From the NCBI RefSeq assembly GCF_009914755.1, contig NC_060930.1: a stretch of DNA of 64,000 nt; one strand, written 5' to 3'. The translations under genes and the position numbers were made by a program. The notes beneath the pieces were generated by a model, which was not told the origin of the DNA, did no database searches, and saw only the letters and a program-made list of their open reading frames with translations. This stretch comes from the human T2T-CHM13v2.0 reference genome, Homo sapiens. Shown one piece after another: positions 47,719 through 62,200 of this stretch (its first letter is position 1; every line of letters starts with the position of its first letter).

Positions 47719-50700
47719 ATATAAAGGAGAAGATTTTGAGGCTGTAAACTTTCCCTTCACTAGTTTTAGCACTTTAAAAATGCATCACTGAGTCGGCAGT
47801 GTGCAGTTTTGCTGTTTCCTTTTATTTTTGGAGTGAACTCTGCTCTTCATTCAAAATTGTCATAGTAAATTTGGGCCCATGAACTCCTAAATATCTCTGC
47901 TTTTCTACCTCTTGGTGAGTCACATGCACTGCTTTCTTAGACTTTAAGTTGATGAATGCCAAATCTTTTTCTCCTGGTTTTCTCAGAGAGATTGGGAAGG
48001 GGTGGGAATGGTGTTTAGATGTCCTCACAGATTTTACTTTTACTGCTAAACTTTTCATTTCAAAATTTTCTGCCACTTGATGTTACTTCATCCATTTTTA
48101 GGGGGTCTCTTTCTCAATTATTTTTATTTCTGCTTTGCTATTGTTGGAAAGTTTGCAGGGGGATTTTCAACCTTTATCCTGATGTTTTGCAATTGGTATT
48201 TTTATATTGTTTTGAAATTTGTAATTCGAGTTTTGTTGCAATCCCAAGTTGCATAAATGGCATCCAGCCCTCAGGATTGAGGCTTACAAATAATTTAGAT
48301 TCATGTTTTGAGCCAGTTCACCTTCATTTTCATCAGAGAGCTCATGGGTTCAAGTGGGTAAGCAGATGAATGCGCCCAAAAGTCTTCCTCATTCATTTTG
48401 CACTCACTGGTCAGTTTCTCATTCTTCCTTCAACATGGTTCTGCTTGGCTCTGGTTGCCCTGACAGAGAATTTGGGGACAATTAGAGAAGAGCCCTGAAA
48501 TCCATTGCATGATGAAAGCAAAATTCCAGGAAGAGCATATTTCATTTTCATGGTAAAGTGGGGAGTGGGTGAAGCGAGTCAGAGTAGAGTGAGGTCGATT
48601 GCCCACCCACTGAGCTCTAGTCTCATGTTGTACAAAAAATTATCCTCGGGTTTTTGAGCTTTGAGGTGCCTCCCACCCCAGAATCCCTCTAGCATTTATT
48701 GCTCATTTCTCTCCTCTGTTAATTGGAATGTTTTCTATATTCTAGGCTCCAATCAGCTTAAAGTCCTTGCAAAGAAAGAAATTGTGCCCTGTCTCTCAGC
48801 GTCGACCATAGCAGAGAGCCTGGGACATGAATGGGTGTCATTATTTATCTGCTGAACAAATAGGTAAATATGTTTCTTTGTTCCCAATGCAATATATGGT
48901 AGGCATTCAATAAATGTTTATTAACAATTACTAATAACATATTTAAACCCACTGGCCATTTATACAGCTCCACACTTTTTTGTTCCATGTGAAGCCTGCC
49001 CATTTTTCCTTGATTATTCATAATTCTTGATTTTGTTTTTTGGAAACAAGTAAAAAACAACTGGGATTGTTCTTTTTTTTTTTTTTTTTTTTTTTTTAGC
49101 AGAGCTTATGAGAGCTGGACTGACAGGCTTAATACCACATTGGGGATGTATTTACTAACAAACTTGGCTAAGATAAATATTAGCTCTGAGACTGTTAGGA
49201 GGAAGACGGAAAGTCATCAGTTTATTGTATGTGTGCCAAGAATCGGCTTACCTTGAAACTTTCTGTGATGTGGTCCCATTCATTGATCAGTTAATCAGGC
49301 AGCTCACTGCTAGAATTTCTGTTTTACTTCATGTCGTGTAGACCCAGAAAAGGTATGTTCTCTTGCCTATCTTGATAGTAGGTAATTCAGGCTAACTCAG
49401 TGTTATCCTTGAAAATATCATGATCACTAGAATAGAAAATCATAAGATGAGCACTTTATCTGAGGTTCCCAAGACTTGTTTACTGGAAGCTAGATGGTGT
49501 AAAATGCAGTGCTTTGGAGAATTCTGTTACGAGGTAATCTCCTTGTGTTTCAAATGGTGACACAGCTGCTGTTCTTATCTTTTAGTGTACGTGTCTCCCC
49601 TTTTCATTTTGTGTCCCCACCTTCCCCAATCAAATCCTCTTTCAAGCAAAACCTGAAACATGGCTGTCATCTTCTTGGATGAATTTGAAATTCAATTGTA
49701 AATTACATCATTAGGCCTATCTGTAGAATTTTGGGTTGTGGGAATAATGAAGAAATAATAAAGAAGTAGTACTCTGAGTACCTGGCACATAGTAGGCGTG
49801 CAATAGCTGTGAGCTTCGTAAATGAATATTCGTGCTGAAAACACAACTATAGAAACATAGGCAGCAGCCAAGAATCGTTACCTGCAGACCAAATTCAAGT
49901 GCCTCCGTGACACGAAGGATTAAAGGTGACAAAATGCTGTGTGTAGGAAGTAATCCCAGATTGATGAAGGCGGCCCTTCTGAAACCCAGAGAGAGTCTTC
50001 CAGAATACATGGAGCTAAGTGGACTCCATGTGAACTTTAAGTAAGTAGTGGTTATGGCTGGAACCATGCAAAGGACACACTGATCTCAAAGTCTTGTTCA
50101 TCTTTTTTGGCCAAGCTTTTATTCTTCTTTATATTAAATGTTTTACAACCTTGAGGAGTAGAAAAGCAATATTTTTCAGGAAAATGAGCGCTGAAACTAA
50201 AGCATTAACCAAGGATCTCCTCAATTTTCTAATGGTCTCATTGTGCTCTCACACATTGCATCTAGTTTTTGTTGTTGTTCTTGTTGTTGTTGCTATTTTT
50301 CTCTAGATTATTTAAAAATCAAGTGAAAAACTAACTTTGCTTTTTTTAGGCGGAGAGGAGTGAATCCCTCGTTCTGATGTTATATTTCTTCAGTTGATCA
50401 GTGGAAGATGCTCTCACTCTCCTGCCCACCAGTTTCACTCAAAACCAGTCTTTGCCATTGCTAAATAACAAGTATCTTCATTGTAATTGTACAGGGCCAG
50501 ATAGAAAGATTGGCTCTGGACCTTGTGCCCCAAGGACCAATAAAGTTGCAGTCATTCAGAAATAGTTCCAGAGCCAAAGCTTCCCTATTTAAAGTGCCTA
50601 CATCCAATTCTTTAGAGTTAAGCTTGGTACCATTAGTTGAGTCTTCCTGTCACCTCTCAAGGGACAGTGGCAAGCTCTTATGTAGCATTTGTCCTAATTT

Positions 50701-50858
50701 TCTTGCTGGTATCAATGTCCCCAGAACTTTCCCTTCAGTTGTGTGGGAAGGTACTTCTTTCTTTGTTCTGCCTCTAGTTCCTGGAATGATTTGAATGTCT
50801 GTTGCATGCACAGTATGGGCTTTCTTCTGAATCAGGCTTTTTCACTCTGACTTTGTTC

Positions 50859-51384
<526 letters not shown>

Positions 51385-51628
51385 TAAACATTTTACAGTG
51401 ATCAGCTACTAGCCCACCTTCTCCATGAAATCCTTCTGGATGTTTGTAGCTGGAGATACACTCTCCCTTCTTTGCACCCCTACATCTATTCAATAGTATG
51501 TTGTGCCAATAGTGTTTATGTCTTGGTGGACCTAGGCTGCCACATTTTTGGAGGCAGGACTTTGCTTCCTTGAGGTTGGTTTCCAACCAAGAACCCTCTT
51601 AGAGAAGTTGCTCAAAAAGGTTTATTCA

Positions 51629-52010
<382 letters not shown>

Positions 52011-54184
52011 TTAAAAAATAACAGTAACCTCATAGTATATGTAGTCAATTATTTCATGCAAAGTATTCTATGTCCTGGGAATAGATGTCTTGGTGTTCTC
52101 TAAAACCTGAGAGATATGTCGCCCCTCTAAGTTTTGCTTCAATTCAAATTTCCTAGAGTTACAGCTAGGCCCCTCAGGAGCTGACTCATGATTGCTGTTC
52201 ACCTTTATTAATTTTTCTGGCACTGAAACATGTACTTTGAGTTTTTTTTTGTTTCTAAAAGTACATAGTCACATCAGAGAACTTTCTCCGACTTCTTTCC
52301 CCTCAGTATCCTCTGTTCCAAAGTATTTTCATAGTGGAAGGTAGCAGTTCTATACCCTCAAAGTTAAATTTAATTGCTATTTCATAAACTTCCAATGCAA
52401 TTCTCTTTTCTTCTTTGGAAATAGGGGATCTTTATGGCACAAACCTTTCTAGTGATTAGCAAAATTTCAGTAGTAAATTTACATATAAATAAATTTGATT
52501 CAGAAAAGCCATGCACTGCACATAATAAAGTGATTTATAACAGGAAAATCTAAAGAACTAAAACACAGACTCTGCCCTCAAGGAACTCAAGGCAGCAACT
52601 ATGACAGATACATTTTTAAAAAAGAAACATAGTCCTGTGTCATATTTATACAATATAGCTATTAATAAAGAATATAAAAAATGAAGCATTTAAGAGTCTC
52701 ACAAGAATATTGTCATAATTAGTGAGATACTGTGGAGACACCTTCATGAAACTGAAGGTCCATTTCTGTTTAATGGGGATATCAATGGTCATTGCATAGT
52801 AGGCCTCTTTTATGAAATAAATAAGTTAACAGGGCTAAGGCCTTTAAATACTGGCTGGTACATGTTAAGCTGTCAATATGTGCTAGCTACTTTCAATGGT
52901 CATTTCTTGTTGCTATGAGCTATTTCAAAGCTCTTCATAAATAGATGATAATGCCACCATTTCCCAAGTAGGGAGAAAGACTTGGTAATAATAGTTATTC
53001 AAACTATATAGAATACGTTGCAATAAAGGATTATGCCACCTAGAACTGTGGAGTTATCACTATTGAGAAAAAGAATTCCGGGTCTTTTTTTTTTCCCCCA
53101 TTACAACTCAACTAAAAAAAGAGACCCTTAGTGTAAAACATGTAGCCTGCACACAAAAACATGTCTGATTGACTTTCAAAGACTCACATAAATTAAACAT
53201 CTCTTGGATAACATCAAACCTAACCAGTTAGTTCCCAGGTCTCTATATAAATTGCCACATAACTTTGTGCCAAAATGAATGATGGTGGCTGTGTCTCCTG
53301 GATGACCAAAATCAGACTTAAGGAGTGAAAAAATAAACTGAGCACATTCTTTATTGCCACATCAACAAAATGAAACAAAATGATTACTTATTTTTGGGGG
53401 GTTATGTTGATGACAGATATTGTAGGCATATCCACTCACTCTCAATTTATTTTTAAACACCCAGCACAGTCGGGGTTACACAGTGAGGAAAAGTCCAGCT
53501 GAGTGACCTCGGAACAGTTGCTACCAATGCCAGACATCAATTTCACCCTCTTAGATCAGAATATACCTCTCTTGTTCCTTCCTGAACTAAAAAGCTACCA
53601 CCTAAAGAACGTAATTATATTGTGGATACAATGATTTGGCATTCATTTCAAAGTTTCTTTTAAAGGAATAGTTTAAAGTGTGTGTGTTACAAAGTGCAGA
53701 GCATTGCTCAATGTTGATTTGTCAAACGATGACAATTTAGCCCTTGAAACAAACGTTTCCCAAAATAACAGCATTTGGGAAACTTTGAGCTCTATTTCAG
53801 TCCTTTCAGAGAAACTGAGAGGTCTTTCACATTCTGAAGGCAGAACACTGAGTAATAGAAGAAACGAGAAGTCCTCTGTCTCCATCCCTCTGCCTGGGGA
53901 CCCACTGGACTATTATTAGCATGGGATACAAAATAGATTTGGTAAATATTGGAAAAGTCTTGCCAAGCAGCGTCTCAAAGACATATGGTCTTTTGTAAGT
54001 GCCATGATCATTATAAACAAGCAAGATGTTCTAATTAAGGAAAAGTCTTTGTAAGGCAACTTGTTTTACAACTTAGCATTGAGGTTCCAAATTAGATAGG
54101 CAAAACTTTGGGGGTTGGGTAACCCCTATTCCTTCTTCCAGGCGGACTCTTTAAGACTGAACCAGAAAGCTGCCATCTCTACTT

Positions 54185-54203
54185 TGACCACTAGAGGGAG
54201 GGC
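54185..54203 (+). promoter_or_regulatory. Candidate CTCF binding site
   Basis: TGACCACTAGAGGGAGGGC resembles the CTCF core CCACYAGRGGGCR, in unique sequence with several retained CpGs. Confidence 0.6.
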
Positions 54204-55241
54204 AACTACGTGAAATTGCTCAGCGAGGAGGCGGTTTCTCCAATCCACGCAGTCACCCTTCCCTTCTCTCCTCTGTCTTCCCAACAAATCAACCAGCGGT
54301 AGAAAAAGATCTTTAGCTTTTTGAGAGAAGGAGAATGTAGGGAATGTGTTTCATCAATGCATATCAGCCCTCTCTTTCAACTTTAGTTGGGGTTATAGTG
54401 TGGGTATTACTTTTTCATTTTTACAAACCTCTCTAAACAAAGTACAGATTTGGTGGAATGAGGGAATAAATGGCCAGTCTTCTGAGTCCTGTCTTGTGGA
54501 GTGTGCCTGGATTTTCTACTATAAAATGATCTCTTTTGGGTTGTCATTAATCTTTATAATGATTTCATGGGATAAAGGTTGGACTAGAAGAACTTTGATA
54601 ACTCTTGCAAGCCCAAAATTCTGATTCTGTATCCTTCAACTGGGGTATGAACTTGTCAAGGGTAAGTAAGTAAGTAAGGGTAAGTAAGTATAAGTAGGTG
54701 TTACTTATAACACCTACTGCTAAGGCCAATCCCTTATCAGATGCTCACTAAGGAGTCAATGATTGATGAGACTGGTCGGTTTATATGATTACTTGCCATC
54801 TAGAAGCACTCATAAAGAATGGGACATAGTTTTTATGCTCAAGATGTATATTGTCTCAAATTTTTTTTTAACTTGTTGAAGCTTAGGACAGTAGTGGTTA
54901 AACAAAATGCTTATAAATAGTACTCCTTTTCTTCTCTCTGTAACCTCCTCCCCTGGTATGTACAATTATATACCCATCACAGGCAATATACCCCACACAC
55001 CAAATACACACACATGAGCACACACACATTCAGGTTCTAAGGCAAAAATCTTTCCCAAAAGACAGTATGCTAGAAAACAAGCAATTGTGGGGACGAAAGT
55101 CTTCCTTATCCTCCTAAAGCAATAAGGAGTACAATAAATAAGAAAACAGAACTATTTATGATTCACTACAGAAAGAGGTGTTTGTAAGTCTTTTATAGCA
55201 CCATATAATTATAATCATAAAAGGCAGAGACTTAGAAATAA

Positions 55242-55579
<338 letters not shown>

Positions 55580-55727
55580 TTTTTTTTTTTTTTTTTTTTT
55601 TTTCTTCGAAGCAGTAAACCGATGCTGAGGAGCTACACAGGTAGTTATTGGTGTGTGGGGACCACAATGTAGGTCTTTTTGCTCCAAGTCCATTCTGTTA
55701 TATTTTGCAGTAGAAATATCTGTGCAA

Positions 55728-56077
<350 letters not shown>

Positions 56078-57410
56078 CTATTAGGTTCTGAAAGCCAAAC
56101 TATATAAGTAACAAGAATCTGGAAAGGAAGTTCAGTTGGAAAATATTGCCAAATAAAAAATGAACTAGGACATAAAAAGTAAGCCTTCCCTAAAGAGAAG
56201 AATTCTAATAGGAACAAAAAAATGCCTAAAAATAAACTATGAAATGGCTTTATTGTTACTAATTTAGAGCCATTAGTAACAAACATGTAGACACTAAGTA
56301 AATGCATGGTTTATATCTTGCTTTTGATTGAACCACAGGAAGAACTATGAATGAGGACATAGAACAGGCTTGAGGCTGCTGTCTTTAATTTGATACTGCC
56401 CCTTTAACATAAAGAATGTAAAAATTATCAAAACCTACCACAGTAATCTGAATACTAATAATAGAGTTGCTGTCTGTGTTTGGTGAGACTACAAATTCAA
56501 TTAATTCCAATGCTGGTTCCAATAAGCTCTTTATGAGTCTAAAGGGATTATTAACACTGTGAAGTCTGAAAGATTGAATCACAATAACAATTTCTTGCAA
56601 GATTTTTGAAGCTTTGAGCAGGCTTGCTTTCATGGAAATAATAATCTGTTAACCTAATGCAGTAGACGGAGCAAGCAGGAGAGAGGGAGCAAAGGAATGA
56701 GGGATAAAAGGTGGAGAGGGGAATCACATGTCTCATTCTGATTCATCTGCCAAGTCAAAGTCTGAGCTCAGTGCCAATGTCAGGTTTGTTTGTTTGGTTT
56801 TTTTTTTTTTTTTTTTTTTTTTGGCTGACCCCAAAAGGATGAGTTTCGTTTAGGATCCATTTTGTAAGACTGGGATATTTGACAAAGACTGAATAAGGCT
56901 GGGATCTTTTTGAAGTCCACGTGTGCAACTGTAAATAAACTGACTTGGTCTCTATCTAGGCACCTAGACTGGGCAATGTGTCTAATTGGCAGACATGGTG
57001 CTGGTGGTGGTGGCACTAGTGGTGGCAGGGAAGCGTCATTCCATAATCTGGTAGTAGAAAAAAAATAACAAATTATTTGAGAATGCCCTTCAAAAGAAGT
57101 AGGAGCTAAGTCTCTACTGGTTTGTTAAGTGATTAATTTAGGTCTAAATATTACATTATCATGGGCAAAATACTTCCACACAGTCAGGGTTCAACACAGT
57201 CTTCACTCATTTATGGCTAGAGGCAAACCTCATCCTTAGCCCGAGTCTGTACTTTTGTTTTATTTAAAATACATTCAAGGTTTTCATAAATTCAAGGCCT
57301 GAATTGAATGACTCTTCTATTTCACCAGAAGCTATGGGGGCCCATATTTTTCCAGTGTCTTATTACGTGGTGTTAGAGTCGTGCTATCCTTGCTATAAAA
57401 ATACCTTCTC

Positions 57411-57704
57411 GGCCTGGCACGGTGGCTCACGCCTGTAATCCCAGCAGTTTGGGAGGCTGAGGCAGCTGGATCACCTGAGGTCAGGAGTTTGAGACCAGCC
57501 TGGCCAACATGGTGAAACTCCGTCTCTACTAAAAATAGAAAATTAGCCAGGTGTGGTGGCGCGCACCTGTAAACCCAGCTACTAGGCTGAGGCAGGAGAA
57601 TCGCTTGAACCCGGGAGATGGAGGTTGCAGTGAGCTGAGATCATGCCATTGCACTATAGCCTGGGCAAAAACAGCAAAACTCCAAAAAAAAAAAAGAAAG
57701 AAAG
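57411..57704 (+). mobile_element. AluS
   Basis: TSD aaaataccttct at 57398-57409 and 57705-57716. Confidence 0.95.
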
Positions 57705-60700
57705 AAAATACCTTCTGCAACCATATTGTCACATTTCCTTCTCTCAGCCTTTGCAAATGTATAGATCACATCGCCCTGGGCTGGGATGGGGTTTCTCCTG
57801 CTCTACTTTTATAGGAGTCTGAGCTATTTCTTTAGCCCCCTGGTCCCAAGGACAGGTCTCAGGGCATGCCTCCACCCTGGCTGACTGGCCACGTACTGAC
57901 ATAGTCATTGGTCCTGTCTCTCTTTTCTGGTCTTGATAACTCTCCAGGCTTCTCTACCAATACTACCAATTTGCCACCAATTAATCTGTGCCCAGGGTTG
58001 AGATGACCCCTCATCTGCTGCTCTGTGGACGTCTCGTGTGTCATCTGTTCTGATCCACAATGTCTGGGAACTGCTCCTCAGTCCACTGGAAACTGTTGGG
58101 AGTTTCCTCCCCTAGTGAGGGAAGGGATGGCAGAGCCTGCAGGCAGCAAGCTATTTGAATGACCGTTTCTTAAATACAACAAGCCCTTTCTTTACGCCCT
58201 TTCCTGTTTCTCTGCTTCCCAAAGACTCCTTTGCTGTATCTATCCAGGATGAAAGTGTTGCCTCAGGCACCTCAAAGATCATTAAAGTGAAAAGCCAGGG
58301 AGGGGAGGGGAGCTTTGAAAATCCTATTGCTCCACCCTTCACTCTGGCCAGTACTGTGGGTCACACAGACCTCACTGATGTCCCTGTGTTTTCTCTCCCA
58401 TCATCTGTCTTTCTTCCTGGTGTGGGGCAGTCATGGAGCTGGGTGGGTCGGCCAGAGGGAGTAGGAAAGCATTGCCCGAATGTGGAACCGCTTTCTTACA
58501 ATGCCTTTATTTTGAGCCATAGGGAGGGTTATGGGAATTAAAAATACCCACTATCCCTTGTAAGGTAGAAATGTTATATTTGGGCAAGTTTGACAAATGA
58601 TGAGAAGGGAAAATGAAAGTGGGGATAGTAAGAAAACAGACTTCTTGGCACTAAGATTTCTTGGGTCTTGGGCAGCGCAGTTAGATCAGCCTGCTTTGCT
58701 AGGCTGTGGGCCTTCTGGTTTCTCATAGGAGAGTCAGCTTTTGTCACTGCATTTTTATTCTGGTCCCAGGAATCAGAGAATGGAGGAGGAGAATTGCTCA
58801 CATGCCACGTGGGCTCCCTCATTTTCATCTGGAAACAGTTGTAGGAGCCATTTCAGCATCTCCTGGCTCTTGTTCGTTCAAAGTCCTAGGAAGGGAAGAG
58901 GGAGGAATATGAAACCAGAGGGGGAGACTCTGTGTACCCCCAGAGGCTGCCTGCCCATGGAAGGCTGTCCCATGGGCAATGCCATCCATGAGTGATCTTC
59001 TCTGCACCCTTAATTGAAAGATCCTGGAGTTGAAAAGACCCCAGCATCATGATTGTTGGGAAAAGCATGAACATTTAAAGTGTCCAGAAGGCCAGGGGAA
59101 TATATGAACTATGTGAACAATAAAGTCAAGAAATAGAGAATTGAAGCAAAAACTGTTTAGGCAATCCCTGAAGCCCACCTTCGAAAAAGCCGTTACTTGG
59201 AATGACTTGACTACCCATTGCTGTCTACCTGGTCTTGAGCTGGAGTTGCTCTCAGTGAGCCAGGAAAAGAAATAACCTTAAATCCGGGGCAGAGCATAAG
59301 TTGTGTGCTTGGTCTCAGCCTGACTGGTGATTCCAGTGGCCAAGAGGACAGGACAGAGTTTGGAAGAGAGGAAGAGTGCCGAGTAGGACGGGGTGCCAAG
59401 GAGATGCTGCTGGCGATGGAGCAGCTGGCATCTTGCTCTCACTGAGATTGTCTGGCCCAGGAGGATCCTAATTACAGCACAACTGCTGCCTCCATAATCA
59501 CTGTGACAGGAGCAGTGTGGGCCGGAAGGAGATGTGAGATGGAGCTGGTGGCTGCTGAAGAGGATGTTGGAATCATTGTTCTTTGCTGGGGCTTCAAAGG
59601 GGGCTGCTGCCAGCTGCCTGCTAAGGTTGAAACAGCTGCCACCAAAAAAGGGGCCAGCCCTTCCTGCCTCATCTCCAGAGGATGCACCAGCTCCAGCCTG
59701 CAGGTCTGCCTCCGGGCCCTCTGGCTAGAGGGGGATGGCAGGCTTCCAGATAGGCCTTTGAGTAGTTCTGTTTATGGGAGGCTAGAGGGAGAATTCAACA
59801 GTATGGTGAGGGGGTTCCGAAGAGCTGGCTGGGAAATGAACCCAGGTTAAAAAACAACAAAATAATACACTTCTATGGAATTATCCTCAAATCAGAGAAA
59901 AGAACTGTGAAATTAATCATTTGAGGATACTGTTTAGGTGATCTTCTGGAGTCGTGTCATCAAGGAAAAACAAATCCCTTCCTCAGCCCTCATGCTTCAT
60001 CTGAGATTTTTTTGTTTGTCTGTCTGGCAAAGTCCCAGGTTTAAGGGTGAAAAGTCTCCTGAATGGTGACACGAACAGTACCCTTGAGGCCACCTTTCCA
60101 ATGGAGTGTGAGAATTAGCTGGGGGCATCAGAGATAAACCAGGGGTGTCAGAACTGGGGTGAAATGCATGCCAGTGGGAAGGGAGGCAATTGTGGAGACG
60201 GATGTATGCCCTGCTTTGATTTGCCTGTTTTGCTTGGCTTTCAGAAAAATACCAAGACTGGCCCCTTTCAGGGAATTCCAATAAGGCAGTGGTGTTCTCT
60301 GCAAGCTTTTACCAGGTTTTTTGACTTTTGATACTAAGGAAACTTCTGGAAGAAGAAAAGGCATAATGCATTTGTTGGCCAGTCAGGTCCCCCTTGGGAG
60401 ACAGGCAACTGGTTACAATGGCGCTGACATGTGGAAGAGTGAGCTGCTGATGCTCAGAATGGGCTCGCTAGGGGAGAATCCTTGCACAGTCCTAGAATTT
60501 AATAGCTTCTTCCTCCACTTGATTCAGCACAGCACCCATTTTATTGAGCCTCTGGTTCCAATGCATTACATCATCATACTATTTCCTATTGCAGTATGTT
60601 GGGCCTTCAGGCTCCTGTGTGTCAAGCCAGTCATTCTCATGTAGTCTTTTCGGGATCTGGGATTTAGCTCTAGATTATGGCTCCTTTTCAGTTGCTTCAC

Positions 60701-61974
60701 TAGATAATAGAACAAAAGTGGCAAAGCTGGGAGGCTGAGATGTCCACATCCTAATTCTTTGTATAAAAAGCTACTTTATATTTTGAGGGAGGAAACTTTT
60801 GTTTCCCAGGCTTTTCTGTTTATTCCTTACAAATCCTTTTCACTTAGTTTATAAGACCAAATGTGACTCTAATAACCATTCCCCTTGAAAAGCAGCCAGT
60901 GACAGCATCTCTCACATGTTGTTATCAGAGACTGCAATTTCACCATGAACTTCTAGTTGAGCCTTTGGAGAGCATTTGGAAGAAAAGGGGACTCAAGTTT
61001 CTTTTCCACACTTCTGGTAGTATTGTAGACCCTGATTTTTGACATTCGCGGTAGCCATCAGAGAGATTTGGGCTTTGGATAGGGAGGTGGAACTGGAATT
61101 TGGAAAGGGGTAGAAGAACCATTTTAATGTGCTGTCACTGCTATAACATTTCATATATCTTCCAGCTTTAAAAATTACAGAATCATTAGAATGATGATAT
61201 ATTAGGCGAATTGGGCATGGTTTGACTGCAATATGTTAGGCTGCATGGCAGCTGGTTTTTCTCTTAAATGATAATCGAAACAAAGAATCTCAAAGAAGAC
61301 AAGAATAGAATGGCTGTTGGCATTTTAATGAGTGTCGTTTTGGAAACAATAATTAGAATCTTTGCCGCTGTATTCAGGGGGCAAAGATTAATTGAGTAAA
61401 TAACACCATATACATATATATAGCTTATGGCTGGCCCCAGTGCACCATGAATCAGCTACTATGTGTTCACACATGGAATCATTTATGGCCCTTCGAGTAG
61501 GGGGAATGGAAACCATGCAGCCTGGATGGTGTGCTGTTGACATGAACCATTGGAAAGTGTTATTTTCTTCCTCTGGGTATTAGAATCTCCCCACCCCCAC
61601 ACTTGCCCAGTATGGTTTTGGCATTGACTACTAAGGATGGGGTTGAGGATAGAGGTGGATGTCTCCCTGTTCCCCAGATTCACATACAGACCACTCAGAC
61701 TAATTTAGTTTCCTATAACTTCAAAACTTTGTTTTACATCTAGGCTAAATAAATTACGTAAAGAATTATGTGATTACTTATTGTGTTGTTTTGTTGTGCT
61801 TTAATTGGCTTTGTACATACATCTTAAATGTGTGTATACACATTTTTATCATAGCTGATCAAACAGTTGATTTAGTATGGTGTTAACTTGATATTTAATA
61901 TAATCAAAGTGTTGAACAATAGGTGAAGTTATATAAACTAGTGTATACACATGTGGATTAATATATAGACATTA

Positions 61975-62200
61975 CTACTAATATTTATGAATGCAAAAAT
62001 GCTCAATATATGACATTAAGTACCAAGATGAGAATACAAAACTATATATTACAGTGATCTCATATCTGTCAAAATATTGCAGAGGAAACAAACATATAGA
62101 AAATATGCCAAAGTATGAATAGTGGTTATCTGTTGGTAGTGAGATTGCAGTTGATTTTTCTTTTCTGAAAAACATTTTCTACAATAAACACAATTTTTAA
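61975..62200 (+). mobile_element. L1ME-type 3' end fragment
   Basis: aatagtggttatctgttggtagtgagattgcagttgattttt. Confidence 0.55.

Noticed and set aside
55580-55700. Poly-T as the tail of a processed pseudogene
   Set aside because: No poly(A) signal, TSD or recognisable gene sequence beside it.
59503-59850. 115-aa ORF as a coding exon or retrogene
   Set aside because: Starts at a non-ATG codon, has no recognisable homology, and its length is expected in GC-richer DNA.
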